Shown piece after piece: positions 1 through 11,669 of a stretch of 64,000 nt of DNA. Source of the DNA: Escherichia coli. Its GTDB lineage: Bacteria; Pseudomonadota; Gammaproteobacteria; Enterobacterales; Enterobacteriaceae. Where the stretch lies: the NCBI RefSeq assembly GCF_016026235.1, contig NZ_CP065614.1. One strand, given 5' to 3'. Within the stretch, counting starts at the first letter, position 1. Every line of letters starts with the position of its first letter. The notes below the pieces were generated by a model, which was given only the letters and a program-made list of their open reading frames with translations, made no database searches and had not been told where the DNA came from. The translations under genes were made by a program, and so were the position numbers.

Positions 1-311
1 CACTAATTTAGAGTTAATAACTCACACCCCATTTTTATGAAAATTACATAAAAATAATTTAGAAAAAAAATAAACAAATATCCACCCGTTAAAAACAAAA
101 AAACCAAATAGTGCCAAAACATGAACCATTTTTACTATTTATATTTGCGTTGATTTGTCGTTTACCTGCGATGCAATTATATAACAATTGATTAATGCTT
201 TGATTAATTAACATTTACATACATTAATAATGTAACTCTATTGAGGTATAATATATAATACGGGAGTTGACATGGGATCCCGTATATCAGCAGTTATTTT
301 TACTCGGCAGT

Positions 312-650
312 TCATTGATTATTATCAATAATAAACGTAAACCACGTGGCCGAAATATTGATGGGATAACACCAAGAGGAAAAGGGTGATGACTCCAGGA
401 ACATATGTTTTTCGATAAAAGCACCGATAACTTTTTCATGAAATTTTACAGAGCGAGAGAAACAGATGGTTCTGCGAGCCAGGCGTTTGATTCGGGTTCT
501 CAGGGGCAGATTGTTGCGCTCAATGCGCTGAGTAAAAATCTTACCAGTCAGATACTTCTCTTTCGGTAACTCTCTGGTGTAACTACCCCATTCGTCAGTG
601 GTCAACATACCGATGGTAAAAGGGGGAAGCAGCGCCAGCAGTTCATCGAC
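312..650 (-). pseudogene. IS1-family transposase (InsB-like) C-terminal fragment
   Basis: ORF 312-608 contains TQRIERNNLPLRTRIKRLARRTICFSRS. This matches the motif block of IS1 InsB at 10185-10688. The N-terminal half is missing. Confidence 0.7.
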
Positions 651-993
651 AGGAACTTAAATCCCCAAAAGATTAGAAAAGCACCGAAGAATGCGCGTTT
701 ATTCAACACGACCTGATCATCACGTAATTGGTATAGACACTTGATATTGCTTACATTGATTGATTCAATATATCTCTGATGGTTTTTTGCTCCGTTCCCC
801 TCAACATGGACGCAACTTCCCCTCTGCGGCGCTCAGCCGCACCACCGCATTCGTGCCAGCGGCTCATGCATCATAATCTGCTCTGCCAGACGGTAACCCA
901 TCTTCAGTCCCGTAAACCGCATCTGACCTCCGCACAGCTCGCACTTCAGCGGGTCAACCTTCAGTAACTGCTGATACATCCCTCTCCATGTGA
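651..993 (-). pseudogene. IS91-family element end with transposase C-terminal fragment, cut by the IS at 994
   Basis: 833-993 translates to WRGMYQQLLKVDPLKCELCGGQMRFTGLK...EPLARMRWCG. This is colinear with the C-terminus of the 34688-35875 transposase. The downstream part resembles 35876-36067 and ends in CGATGAAC. Confidence 0.7.
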
Positions 994-1123
994 GTAAGGC
1001 AGTATGACTTTCCGTGAGACAGATGCTGGCCAACGTGGGATATTTAACGCGGGTTAACATCGTTGTCAGAGCCGCATGGGTGAGCTGTTGCTACACCCCG
1101 GTATTTCCACCACGGAGGCCAGC

Positions 1124-2251
1124 ATGAACAACAATAACACATTGTACGTCGGGTTAGATGTTCACAAAGAATCGATTACTGTCGCTTATGCTATCAATTC
1201 AGAACCTGTTGAACTGATGGGTAAAATTGGCACATCACCTACTGATATTCAGAATCTTTGTAAACGTCTCAGGTCAAAGTCATCGCAGGTCAGTATCGTT
1301 TATGAAGCGGGGCCCTGTGGTTATGGACTTTATCGTCGGCTGGTGAAATCCGGTTTTGACTGCATGGTCTGCGCCCCCTCACTTATCCCGAAAAAACCGG
1401 GGGAGCGGGTTAAAACCGATCGCCGTGATGCCATCAGACTTGTGCGTTCACTGCGTGCAGGAGATCTTTCTGCTGTCTACGTACCCGGCATTGAAGATGA
1501 GGCATTCCGGGATTTGGCCCGGGCATGGGCATCTGCCCGCGATGATTTACGGCATGCAAGGCAACGTCTGAAATCGTTTCTTCTGGTTCATGGGGTCCAT
1601 TATGTCGGGCGAGCAGATTGGGGCCCTGCACACCGACGCTGGCTCAGCAAATACTCATTCGAAAGTCCCTGGCGACAATTAGCTTTTGACGAACACCGTC
1701 GTACAATAGAAGACCGGCAGGCACAATGTGAACGGCTGGAATCCGCCCTGAAGGAGGCCGTTACCGAATGGAGGCTGTATCCGGTAGTAGAGGCGCTGCA
1801 AGCCATGCGAGGGATTCAGTTTATTACTGCGGTTGGATTAATTTCTGAACTGGGTGATCTGACCCGTTTTGAACATCCACGACAACTGATGTCATGGTTT
1901 GGTATCACGCCATCAGAATATTCATCGGGTGGAAGCAGACATCAGGGCAGCATTACCAAAGCCGGAAACAGCTATGCCAGAAAGCTATTGGTCGAGGCAG
2001 CGTGGAGTTACCGTCATCCGGCACGCATCAGTCCGGCAATACAAAAAAGGCAGGAAAATTTACCCCGCCCCGTCATTGACAGAGCATGGGATGCTCAACT
2101 CAGGCTTTGTAAGAGGTATCGAAAACTTCAGGCCAAAGGAAAGAATGTCAATATTACAATTGTTGCTGTTGCACGTGAGCTGGCGGGTTTTATCTGGGAT
2201 ATGGGCCGAATAGCAATGTCTGTCGCACAACAACCACAATGTCACAAATAA
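1124..2251 (+). CDS. IS110/IS1111-family DEDD-type transposase (recombinase)
   Basis: N-terminus is MNNNNTLYVGLDVHKESITVAY, the family-typical DxxK motif. GGAGG at 1114-1118 lies 5 nt before the ATG at 1124. The track ORF starts earlier, at 1076. Confidence 0.9.
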   Translation: MNNNNTLYVGLDVHKESITVAYAINSEPVELMGKIGTSPTDIQNLCKRLRSKSSQVSIVYEAGPCGYGLYRRLVKSGFDCMVCAPSLIPKKPGERVKTDRRDAIRLVRSLRAGDLSAVYVPGIEDEAFRDLARAWASARDDLRHARQRLKSFLLVHGVHYVGRADWGPAHRRWLSKYSFESPWRQLAFDEHRRTIEDRQAQCERLESALKEAVTEWRLYPVVEALQAMRGIQFITAVGLISELGDLTRFEHPRQLMSWFGITPSEYSSGGSRHQGSITKAGNSYARKLLVEAAWSYRHPARISPAIQKRQENLPRPVIDRAWDAQLRLCKRYRKLQAKGKNVNITIVAVARELAGFIWDMGRIAMSVAQQPQCHK

Positions 2252-2522
2252 AAATGAGAATAACCAGTTCCCTGAAGGCGACGTAGCCCGGTACAAGAGT
2301 AACCCACGTTAGCGCTTGGCGACGGCGGAACAAAGCTGATTCGCGACGTAAGAAAGTGGCAGGCTCATATGACGGACCTCTGTAATGCGGTATCCAACCC
2401 GCGAATATCAGCGTGATTCACCGTCGGATTTACTGCTACGTCGCCCTCAGGGAATTAAACCTAAAAAGAAAATCGTCAAAATTAGAGATTCCGGTTTGAC
2501 ACGGAAAGTCATATCAGCGTTA
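2252..2522 (+). ncRNA. Candidate element-encoded guide RNA (bridge / seek RNA) region in the 3-prime tail
   Basis: A 271-nt non-coding tail follows the stop codon. It contains an internal copy (2405-2414) of the terminal 10-mer ATATCAGCGT (2511-2520). It also contains the blocks GTAAG..GCAG..TATGAC (2348-2373), which together spell the first 15 nt of the left end. No transcript evidence. Confidence 0.35.
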
Positions 2523-4093
2523 ACGGAGTGCCGTATTGACGCTTATTTATTGGTGAGTGCTACGTTCCATGGCAGGAGTTCGTCAACTCGGTTGGAAGGC
2601 CATTCCGGCAGTACGCTCAGAATATGGCGCAGATACGCTTCCGGATCGATACCATTCAGACGACAGGTACCGATCAGCCCGTACAGCAGTGCTCCACGCT
2701 CGCCGCCGTGATCGCTGCCGAAGAACATAAAGTTTTTCTTTCCGAGACAGACTGCACGAAGCGCTCTTTCCGCGGCATTATTATCCGCCTCCGCCAGACC
2801 ATCATCACAGAAGTTGCACAACGCAACCCAGTGCTTTCTGATATACCGGAACGCATCTCTCAGACGGCATTTTTTCGATAATGTGTGTTCTTTCTCCTGC
2901 ATCAGCTTATACAGGGAAGTCAGTAGCGGTTTACTCTGCATTTGTCTGACCGCCAGGCGTTCAGACACCGGCAACCCGCGTATTTCGTGCTCAATGGCGT
3001 ACAGTTCACCGATTAGTTTCAGGGCTTCTTCCGCCGTCGCGCTTTTGGTACTGATATATACATCGTGGATTTTGCGCCGCGCATGAGCCCAGCATCCTGC
3101 TTCCGTCAACGCGCCGCCTTCGCGTTCGGCACTGAACAGCCGATCGTAACCATTAAACGCATCTGCCTGCAGGATACCCCGGAAGGGGCGAAGGTGCTGC
3201 TCCGGATGTTTACCCTGATGGTCCGGTGAGTAGGCGAACCAGACCGCCGGTGGTTCTGGCGAACCGGCATTCCTGTCATCCCGGACATACGTCCAGATAT
3301 ATCCTGTTTTCGCCTTCTTCCTGCCCGGTGCCAGTACTTTTACTGGTGTGTCATCAGTGTGAACCTTGCAGGTATTCATCACATAACGGTACAGGGCATC
3401 ATTCAGCGGCGTCATTAACTGGCAGCACGCGTCAACCCAGTTGGAGAGTAATGCACGGCTCAGTTCGACACCCTGTCGGGCAAAGATTTCACTCTGACGG
3501 TACAGTGGCAGGTGTTCGCAGTATTTTCCCGTTAACACGCGGGCAAGTAATCCGGGGCCCGCGATACCTCGTTCTATCGGGCGGGACGGCGCCGGTGCTT
3601 CAACGATGCAGTCACATTTTGTACAGGCTTTTTTTACCCGTTCTGTGCGGATGACTTTCAGGGCGCTGCTCACCAGTTCCAGCTGTTCTGCGCTGACTTC
3701 CCCCAGATAATCCAGCTCACCGCCACACTCCGGACAACAGGTTTCTTCAGGTTCCAGACGGTGTATTTCGCGGGGCAGATGTTCCGGTAACGGACGACGA
3801 TGGCGCGACTGTCGCAACTGGCGGGGAACCTGCGGGTCATCCTCTCGCCCACTGTAACGATCGCTTTCCTGTTCGCGTTGTTTCAGCAGGGCCTCAGCCT
3901 GTTCAACCTCACGACGCAGTTTTTCAGAACGAGTACCGAACAGCATCCGGCGCAGTTTTTCTATCTGGGCCCGCAGATGTTCTATTTCCCGCTCGTCTTC
4001 TTCGATCTTTTCTTCGGCGCGTGAAGTGGCACACTGAATTTGGCCACCTGAACAGAGGTGATATGCTCACCTCAGAACAACACAGGTGCTCCA

Positions 4094-5262
<1,169 letters not shown>

Positions 5263-5417
5263 CCACTTCAGCGGGCCAGCGCAGAGCGCAGGAAGGCCTC
5301 CGTCTCTTCAACCAGACTCAGTTGCTGGTCTTTCTGACGGAGCAGGCTTTCCAGTTCTGCAATGCGAATGAGGTATTTCTGACTCATGGCCGTTTTTATA
5401 ATCCGGCCATGACATTT

Positions 5418-5768
5418 TTACAACATTGTCAGTGCATTAAGGCGGGATGTTTTTGGCTGACGCCAGTCCAGCTTATCGAGGAGCATTGCCAGTTGCGAGC
5501 GGGTAATTGATATTTTACCGTCACGCACCGCAGGCCAGATAAACTGGCCTTCCTCCAGGCGTTTGGTGAACAGGCACAGACCATCAGCATCAGCCCAGAG
5601 GATTTTAATCATGTCACCCCGTCAGCCACGGAAGATGAACAGGTGACCGGAGAAGGGGGTCTCATCCAGCACATGCTGTATCTGCTCTCCCAGACCGTTG
5701 AAGGATTTACGCATATCGGTAACGCCGGCAATGAGCCAGATGCGGGTGCCTGACGGGAGTGAGATCAT
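5418..5768 (-). pseudogene. IS66-family TnpB, split into two ORFs
   Basis: 5622-5768 translates to MISLPSGTRIWLIAGVTDMRKSFNGL...FIFRG. 5418-5612 translates to ...LWADADGLCLFTKRLEEGQFIWP. A break lies between them. The upstream tnpA is absent. Confidence 0.75.
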
Positions 5769-6033
5769 CTTCCCCTCACGGTCAGTTCCCGGACCAACAC
5801 CGTGAGCAGCTCTGGTGAAGGATTTTCCAGCGTCATGTTGCCGTGACGGAATGATTGACCGCATTGACGCCAGAGTATTTGCTCAGATGACTGAAGTCAT
5901 TAATTGTATTAGCTCAGACCTGATCTGACTGATACCGGTTATTTATACAGGGATCTGCCCGATGCCATCGTCAGGTTCTTACCCCATAACTAATTGAGCC
6001 CCATGAGACCTGTACTGGCGGGACATCTGATGT

Positions 6034-7281
6034 TTAAAATTTATAATGCTCCTTACTAAGACCGTATTTTTTCATTCTGAGATAGAGTTTTTTCCGCGGG
6101 ATTTGTAAATATTCAGCAACCTCATTGATACGCCCCTGATGGATATTAAGCGCCTCTGTGATTATCTGTCGCTCAGCGTCCTCCACTCGTCTGTCAAGCG
6201 GTGTCGGGGTTCCGACGTGCATCAACGGATTTGCTGTTTCTGCCAGCGGTAATACTCCTACAGTAAACAGTTCTGCTGCATTGGCCAGCTCTCGCACATT
6301 ATTTGGCCACATGCGGCGCATCATCTCTTTGAGCATCTCTTTTCCCACTTCCGGAACAGGATGGTTAAGTCGTTGACATGCTTTACAAAGGTAATGGCGA
6401 AACAGTGGTTCAATATCATCGGGGCGTTGAGCTAATGGCAGGCAAGCGATTTGTGTCATTGCAAAGCAGTAATAGAGCTCCGCGATGATATGGTTGCTGG
6501 CGACCAGCTCGACCAGCGAGGTGTCTCCAATACCAATCAGGCGAAAAGGTCTGTGTTCCTGGCTTTGTAACTGAACCAGATGGTACTGCTGTTCACGCGT
6601 CAGGTGTTCAGGATGGCTGAGCACTAATGTTCCCCCCTGAGCCAGCGCAATGAAATCATTAAGCTGTAGTGCATTGTCTGGTGTCAGCTCGCGGTAGACA
6701 AATTCGCCTTGTGCATTACGTCCAAATTGGTGCAGATAACGTGCACCGGTCATCCGTCCTGTGCCTGGGGCCCCGTAGAGCCAGACGGCAATATCTGTTT
6801 CAGACAACTGCTGTAAACGTCGCCGATACTGATTTATCCATTCACTTCTCCCTATCAACTCCACCTGCAACGTCTGTTGGCAATACTGACGACGCGCAAT
6901 GATTGATTGACGCTGGCGTAGCGCCTCTTCAACCAGAGAAAGCAATTTGCCGGGATCAACCGGTTTTTGCAAAAAATCCCACGCGCCTTTTTTTACCGCA
7001 TCAACTGCCATTGGCACGTCGCCGTGCCCGGTGATAAGCAGAATGGGGATCTGTTGATCATCCTGGTGGAATAACATCATCAAATCGATACCAGAGCAGC
7101 CAGGCATACACACATCACTTAGCACAATACCTGGCCAGTCTGGTTGTATCCACGCCTGCGCCTCAAAAGGATTGTTACAGGCAAAAACCCGATAGCCTGA
7201 CTGTTCAAGTAATTGTGTGTAGGCGTCCAGCACGTCAGCATCATCATCAATCAGCAGAATCGAATATTCACTACTTAGCAT
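6034..7281 (-). CDS. pgtA: PgtA-like NtrC-family response regulator (receiver + AAA+ + C-terminal HTH)
   Basis: Contains ILLIDDD...SDVCMPG (receiver), GAPGTGR, and a C-terminal Fis-type HTH (ITEALNIHQGRINEVAEYLQIPRKKLYLRMKK). The start is taken at MLSSEY. An alternative ATG lies at 7290. Confidence 0.8.
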   Translation of the reverse strand: MLSSEYSILLIDDDADVLDAYTQLLEQSGYRVFACNNPFEAQAWIQPDWPGIVLSDVCMPGCSGIDLMMLFHQDDQQIPILLITGHGDVPMAVDAVKKGAWDFLQKPVDPGKLLSLVEEALRQRQSIIARRQYCQQTLQVELIGRSEWINQYRRRLQQLSETDIAVWLYGAPGTGRMTGARYLHQFGRNAQGEFVYRELTPDNALQLNDFIALAQGGTLVLSHPEHLTREQQYHLVQLQSQEHRPFRLIGIGDTSLVELVASNHIIAELYYCFAMTQIACLPLAQRPDDIEPLFRHYLCKACQRLNHPVPEVGKEMLKEMMRRMWPNNVRELANAAELFTVGVLPLAETANPLMHVGTPTPLDRRVEDAERQIITEALNIHQGRINEVAEYLQIPRKKLYLRMKKYGLSKEHYKF

Positions 7282-9280
7282 CTTCCACATCCGTTAGTCT
7301 GAATTGCAGTACCACACAGGCATTCCTGGTCATCGTTGATGCCAGCCGTAATTCCCCTTTCATTTGCTCCATCAACGACACACAAATTGAAAGACCAATA
7401 CCCAGTCCTACTTCTTTACTGGTGGTAAACGGCTTCAATAACGAAGGCAACAATGCCTCAGGCCAGCCCGGGCCATTATCGCCAATGAATATGTTCAGCG
7501 TTTTACCCTGCATTTGCCAGTTAACGGTAATGACAGCGCCTTGCCCACAAACATCAAGCGCATTCGCCAGTACGTTAACCAGTACCTGCTGGGTTCTGAC
7601 CTCATCGCCTGAAACTGTGGCTGTACCTTGCGGCAGAACAAGCGTAGCTTGCAGAGGGCGATGACGCATGGCCAGAAGTTCCCAGGCCGCACTGAACATC
7701 TGTGCTAAATCAACGGCATGGAGTAATGTTTCCAGTTCGGCGCGCCGGGTAAACTGCCGTAGTGAACGGATAATGGCGTCAATGCGACCAATCACCCCTT
7801 CGGCTTTACCAAGCATCATGCTGGCCTGTTCTGTCTGGGTCTGTTCAATGGCCCTGCGGGCTGTAAACAGATACATCGACAGCGCATTTAGCGGCTGATT
7901 GATCTCGTGGGCCAGCGTGGTCATCGTTTGCCCGACTACCGCCAGCTTCGCTGTCTGAATCAGTTCGTCCTGGGTGGCGCGCAGATCGGCTTCTATCACC
8001 TTTCGATCGGTAATTTCTTGTTCAAGTTGCTGTTTTTGCACATTGAGCTGCCCGAGAGTATGGCGTAATAATCCTGCAATTCTCCCCAATTCATCATTCC
8101 CATAAACAGGAATAGTCGTTTCCGTGCCTCCCAGGCCAATTTGCACAACGGCCTGATTCAGTAGGGCAAAGCGTTTCACCAACCGTGAGCGGATAAAATA
8201 ATGGTTGAATACCCATGCCAGCAGTAACGCCAGTGCTGTCGCCACCAGGATCAGCCCACCGCTAACGCGAACAATTTGTTCCATTCGTTGATTAAACATC
8301 TGCATTTGTTGATGAGTACTGCCAAGCTGCGCTTCCAGTAACATTCTGAAGCGACCCAGTGTCACTTCCCTGGTGCGACTGGCATCCTCTAAGGCTTTTT
8401 GGGCGGCGACATATTCACGCATCGTATCCGGCATTTTATTTTTTACGATTCCCATATCCAGCAATTCATCGATGGTCTGCCTCAGGGTAATGGTGCCAGG
8501 CCAGTCATCCAGCATACGTATATTTTCATCTGCCGTTTTTTTCAGATTTTCAAAATAACGGAGATGAGTTTCCACCTGTATATCGTCATCACGTCCTGAT
8601 TTGAGCTCATTGAGTCTGTCACGCAGATCGTCAACAATCTGATTTTCAATGCGTGCCAAGGTATAAACCTGCTGCTGTTCATTTTGCACTTCACGAGATC
8701 GCTTCAGGTATTGCGCCGTATCGCCCTGTCGGGAGGCGATTTGATCCAGCAGCGTTCCCTGCTGCCAGGTGAAATCCTGCACTAAAGAATTAAGCTCGGT
8801 AGTAAAATCATCGTGTAACCAGTCAATCCGCGCTGATAGCTCACTCACCTTTTCCCGTAGTAAAAACATGTTGTAAAGCGCACGATCCAACCCGGATAAC
8901 AGTGATCGACTGTCCTGCAAAATGACCGTCAGTTGTTGGCGTTCCCGGGATGACAGTCCCCGACTAAGCCGTTCTATGGTGTCGAGATGCTGAATAATCT
9001 GGGTACGAAGTTGCAATCGCACCGTGGTGTTGGGAGCCTGCAAAAATTCATTTAGCTGGTCTACCACCAGATTCAGGTTCCCTTCAATAAGGAAAGCAGA
9101 GTGAATACGGGGAAAATACTCATCCAGCGAGTAACGAATTTGTGAGCTTTGTTCATGCCATGAATACAGACTGACACTACTGACAATCAGGGTCAGAAGT
9201 GCCCCCATCAGAAATGCGCAACGTAAGCTGGTACTGATACTGACCTGTCTTAAACGCTGCCACAGCGTTATGTTTTTCAT
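7271..9280 (-). CDS. pgtB: PgtB-like sensor histidine kinase
   Basis: 669 aa, with an N-terminal TM segment, a second TM segment, an H-box (TLAHEINQPLNA) and an ATPase G-box (IGDNGPGW...GLGIGL). Overlaps pgtA and pgtC. Confidence 0.8.
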   Translation of the reverse strand: MKNITLWQRLRQVSISTSLRCAFLMGALLTLIVSSVSLYSWHEQSSQIRYSLDEYFPRIHSAFLIEGNLNLVVDQLNEFLQAPNTTVRLQLRTQIIQHLDTIERLSRGLSSRERQQLTVILQDSRSLLSGLDRALYNMFLLREKVSELSARIDWLHDDFTTELNSLVQDFTWQQGTLLDQIASRQGDTAQYLKRSREVQNEQQQVYTLARIENQIVDDLRDRLNELKSGRDDDIQVETHLRYFENLKKTADENIRMLDDWPGTITLRQTIDELLDMGIVKNKMPDTMREYVAAQKALEDASRTREVTLGRFRMLLEAQLGSTHQQMQMFNQRMEQIVRVSGGLILVATALALLLAWVFNHYFIRSRLVKRFALLNQAVVQIGLGGTETTIPVYGNDELGRIAGLLRHTLGQLNVQKQQLEQEITDRKVIEADLRATQDELIQTAKLAVVGQTMTTLAHEINQPLNALSMYLFTARRAIEQTQTEQASMMLGKAEGVIGRIDAIIRSLRQFTRRAELETLLHAVDLAQMFSAAWELLAMRHRPLQATLVLPQGTATVSGDEVRTQQVLVNVLANALDVCGQGAVITVNWQMQGKTLNIFIGDNGPGWPEALLPSLLKPFTTSKEVGLGIGLSICVSLMEQMKGELRLASTMTRNACVVLQFRLTDVEDAK

Positions 9281-10184
9281 TTCAGCTCTTCCAGTTTTTT
9301 TATCGCCAGGCGCTGGTTATTCAGAAACCAGAGTTGCCATTCCATCATTTGCTGCTCGGCAAAGCTTTTGTTATCGAACTGTGCCAGCCAGACGGGATCT
9401 TCACTGCTGGCCGCTGCAACGGGCACTTGTGTTAACAGTGCACGTATTTCTGGTAATGGTTTCTTCAGGCGTGCCTCGGTACTGTGCAGCGCTCGCCAGG
9501 CATCTTTTAGCTGCGCTAACCGAAAGCTAATTGCCGTATCAAACAAGCGCTGCACCAGACGTTGACGTTTCAGGATAAGGTGGTAATTCAGCGGGGGTTG
9601 ATTCATCAGGAACTGTTGTTGCGTTGCCCGCGGATTGTCTGCGGCAAGTGGTGTCACAGGATATTTTCCTGTATTGGCATCGGCCAGAATACGCTGTCCT
9701 TTCGGACTTAACAGGTAGTGAATAAAGCGACGGGCTGCATCGGCGTGTGGGCTTTTCCTGAGAATGGCAACGTAGGTGGGAGATACCGCAGACCGGGGGA
9801 AATAGGTAAAAGAGAGATGGGGGTCATTTAACAGTAAATTGGCATAGTTATCGATAACGGGGCCGGCAACACCGAGCCCGCTTTTTATTTTATCGGCTAC
9901 GCCAAAACTGCGGGAGGAGATTGTCACCAGGTTTCCTGCACTTGTCAGCAACGTTTCCCATCCTTTCACCCAGCCTTTTTGCTGTAGTAATGACTCAACC
10001 ATTAAATGGTTAGTATCTGAACGCGACGGACTACTCATCAATAAAGCGTCCTGATAGATCGGCAAAGCAAGATCGTCCCAGTCAGCAGGGGCAGGAAGGT
10101 GTTTTACAGAAAGCGCCGGACGATTAATGAGCAGACCAAAACCTGATATTGCTACTGCAACGGAGGTTGGGTAATGACTCCAAC

Positions 10185-10688
10185 TTACTGATAGTGTTTT
10201 ATGTTCAGATAATGCCCGATGACCTTGTCATGCAGCTCCACCGATTTTGAGAACGACAGTGACTTCCGTCCCAGCCTTGCCAGATGTTGTCTCAGATTCA
10301 GATTATGTCGCTCAATGCGCTGAGTGTAACGCTTGCTGATAACGTGCAGCTTTCCCTTCAGGCGTGATTCATACAGCGGCCAGCCATCCGTCATCCATAC
10401 CACGACCTCAAAGGCCGACAGCAGGCTCAGAAGACGCTCCAGTGTGGCCAGAGTGCGTTCACCGAAGACGTGCGCCACAACCGTCCTCCGTATCCTGTCA
10501 TACGCGTAAAACAGCCAGCGCTGACGTGATTTAGCACCGACGTAGCCCCACTGTTCGTCCATTTCAGCGCAGACAATCACATCACTGCCCGGTTGTATGC
10601 GCGAGGTTACCGACTGCGGCCTGAGTTTTTTAAGTGACGTAAAACCGTGTTGAGGCCAACGCCCATAATGCGTGCACTGGCGCGACAT
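10185..10688 (-). CDS. insB: IS1 InsB frame (made as InsAB by frameshift)
   Basis: The 167-aa ORF overlaps the insA end. Contains the motif [28 protein letters not shown]. Confidence 0.9.
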   Translation of the reverse strand: MSRQCTHYGRWPQHGFTSLKKLRPQSVTSRIQPGSDVIVCAEMDEQWGYVGAKSRQRWLFYAYDRIRRTVVAHVFGERTLATLERLLSLLSAFEVVVWMTDGWPLYESRLKGKLHVISKRYTQRIERHNLNLRQHLARLGRKSLSFSKSVELHDKVIGHYLNIKHYQ

Positions 10689-10882
10689 CCGACGCCATTC
10701 ATGGCCATATCAATGATTTTCTGGTGCGTACCGGGCTGAGAGGCGGTGTAAGTGAACTGTAGTTGCCATGTTTTACGGCAATGAGAGCAGAGATAGCGCT
10801 GATGTCCGGCAGTGCTTTTGCCGTTACGCACCACGCCTTCAGTAGCGGAGCAGGAAGGACATCTGATGGAAATGGAAGCCAC
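10607..10882 (-). CDS. insA: IS1 InsA
   Basis: [40 protein letters not shown]... Confidence 0.9.
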   Translation of the reverse strand: MASISIRCPSCSATEGVVRNGKSTAGHQRYLCSHCRKTWQLQFTYTASQPGTHQKIIDMAMNGVGCRASARIMGVGLNTVLRHLKNSGRSR

Positions 10883-11669
10883 GCAAGCACCTTAAAATCA
10901 CCATCATACACTAAATCAGTAAGTTGGCAGCATTACCCGGAGGTTGTACGGATCGACTCCGGCACCAGGTTTTGGCTTTCTGCGGGTGCATCATCAAACG
11001 GGGCCAGTTTCTGGTGCTCCTGAAGGTACTGGAGCAGCATTGGTGATGAAGTCAGGATCAGATCGACGTTTTCTACGTTGGCCATATCAAGCAACTGTTC
11101 CAGTGAGGCACTGGTGCGGTTAAGCGTACGGATCATTACCGACTCAGGCTCTGTTTGCCAGCGCTGTATTATCCACGCGGTAGCTCCGGGTGAGAATGTG
11201 GTGGCCATCACCAGTTCATTTCGTTGAGCCCTGACGGCCCTGGCATCCATCAGCAGCAGTAAAAGAATCATGGTTTTGATGCCGATTTCGCACCAGCTAA
11301 AAAATCGGTTTGTGATCCAGGTCATAAATATTAATACACCGCAAAAATCGCATTGAGACAAAAATTACCCGTTACAGACACTTCATCTGATAACACGTCT
11401 GCTCAAAGAGACCGTTAATATATTAATCAGAGATTACCCGATAATCAGCATGAGATTTGTTAATATCCGCACATGCTAACAATAAAACAGATAAAGCATA
11501 AATCTATCCTGTCTATGCATCAATAAAATGGGTCAAAAACAGGCTTTGATTTTATTATTTTGTGTCAATTGTGACACATTTTTTCAGTTTGATGTTTCAT
11601 CTCAATTATATGACTCTCATTGCCAGAATTCTCTTGATGTTCATATCAATATAAAATACAGGTGAAGAC

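Larger units (their letters stand above)
994..2522 (+). mobile_element. IS110-family element, IS1111 subgroup (possibly ISEc11-like), copy 1
   Basis: 1529 bp, recurring inverted at 39900-41634. It has 14-bp subterminal inverted repeats TATGACTTTCCGTG (1003-1016) and CACGGAAAGTCATA (2500-2513), each 9 nt from an end. It carries a single transposase gene and a long 3-prime non-coding tail. Confidence 0.85.
10170..10937 (-). mobile_element. IS1
   Basis: 768 bp with terminal repeats GGTAATGACTCCAACTTACTGAT and ATCAGTAAGTTGGCAGCATTACC. The 9-bp target duplication CGGAGGTTG is at 10161-10169 and 10938-10946. Confidence 0.95.
9277..11271 (-). pseudogene. pgtC: PgtC-like periplasmic regulatory protein, disrupted by IS1
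   Basis: The N-terminal part (10947-11271, signal-like MILLLLLMDARAVRA) and the C-terminal part (9277-10169) are in one continuous frame once IS1 and one copy of the 9-bp duplication are removed. The start codon is uncertain (ORF maximum 11361). Confidence 0.8.

Noticed and set aside
1-311. Very AT-rich 311-bp stretch at the left edge, with a possible 19-codon ORF starting at 272.
   Set aside because: There is no ORF of convincing length, no MxiE box and no recognisable repeat. It is probably the H-NS-type intergenic region of a gene lying outside the window.
2385-2711. ORF MRYPTREYQRDSPSD... in the IS1111-type 3-prime tail. It is also present at 40006-40242, and partly twice because of the duplication.
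   Set aside because: It runs across the IS boundary into unrelated sequence in copy 1 and has a low-complexity basic composition. The region is better explained as non-coding (candidate RNA).
11362-11669. Search for a sigma-54 promoter (TGGCAC-N5-TTGCW) upstream of pgtP, expected because PgtA is NtrC-like. Only a small TGTCA-attg-TGACA inverted repeat was seen, near 11582-11595.
   Set aside because: No acceptable -24/-12 match was found by eye. The short inverted repeat is too small to call.
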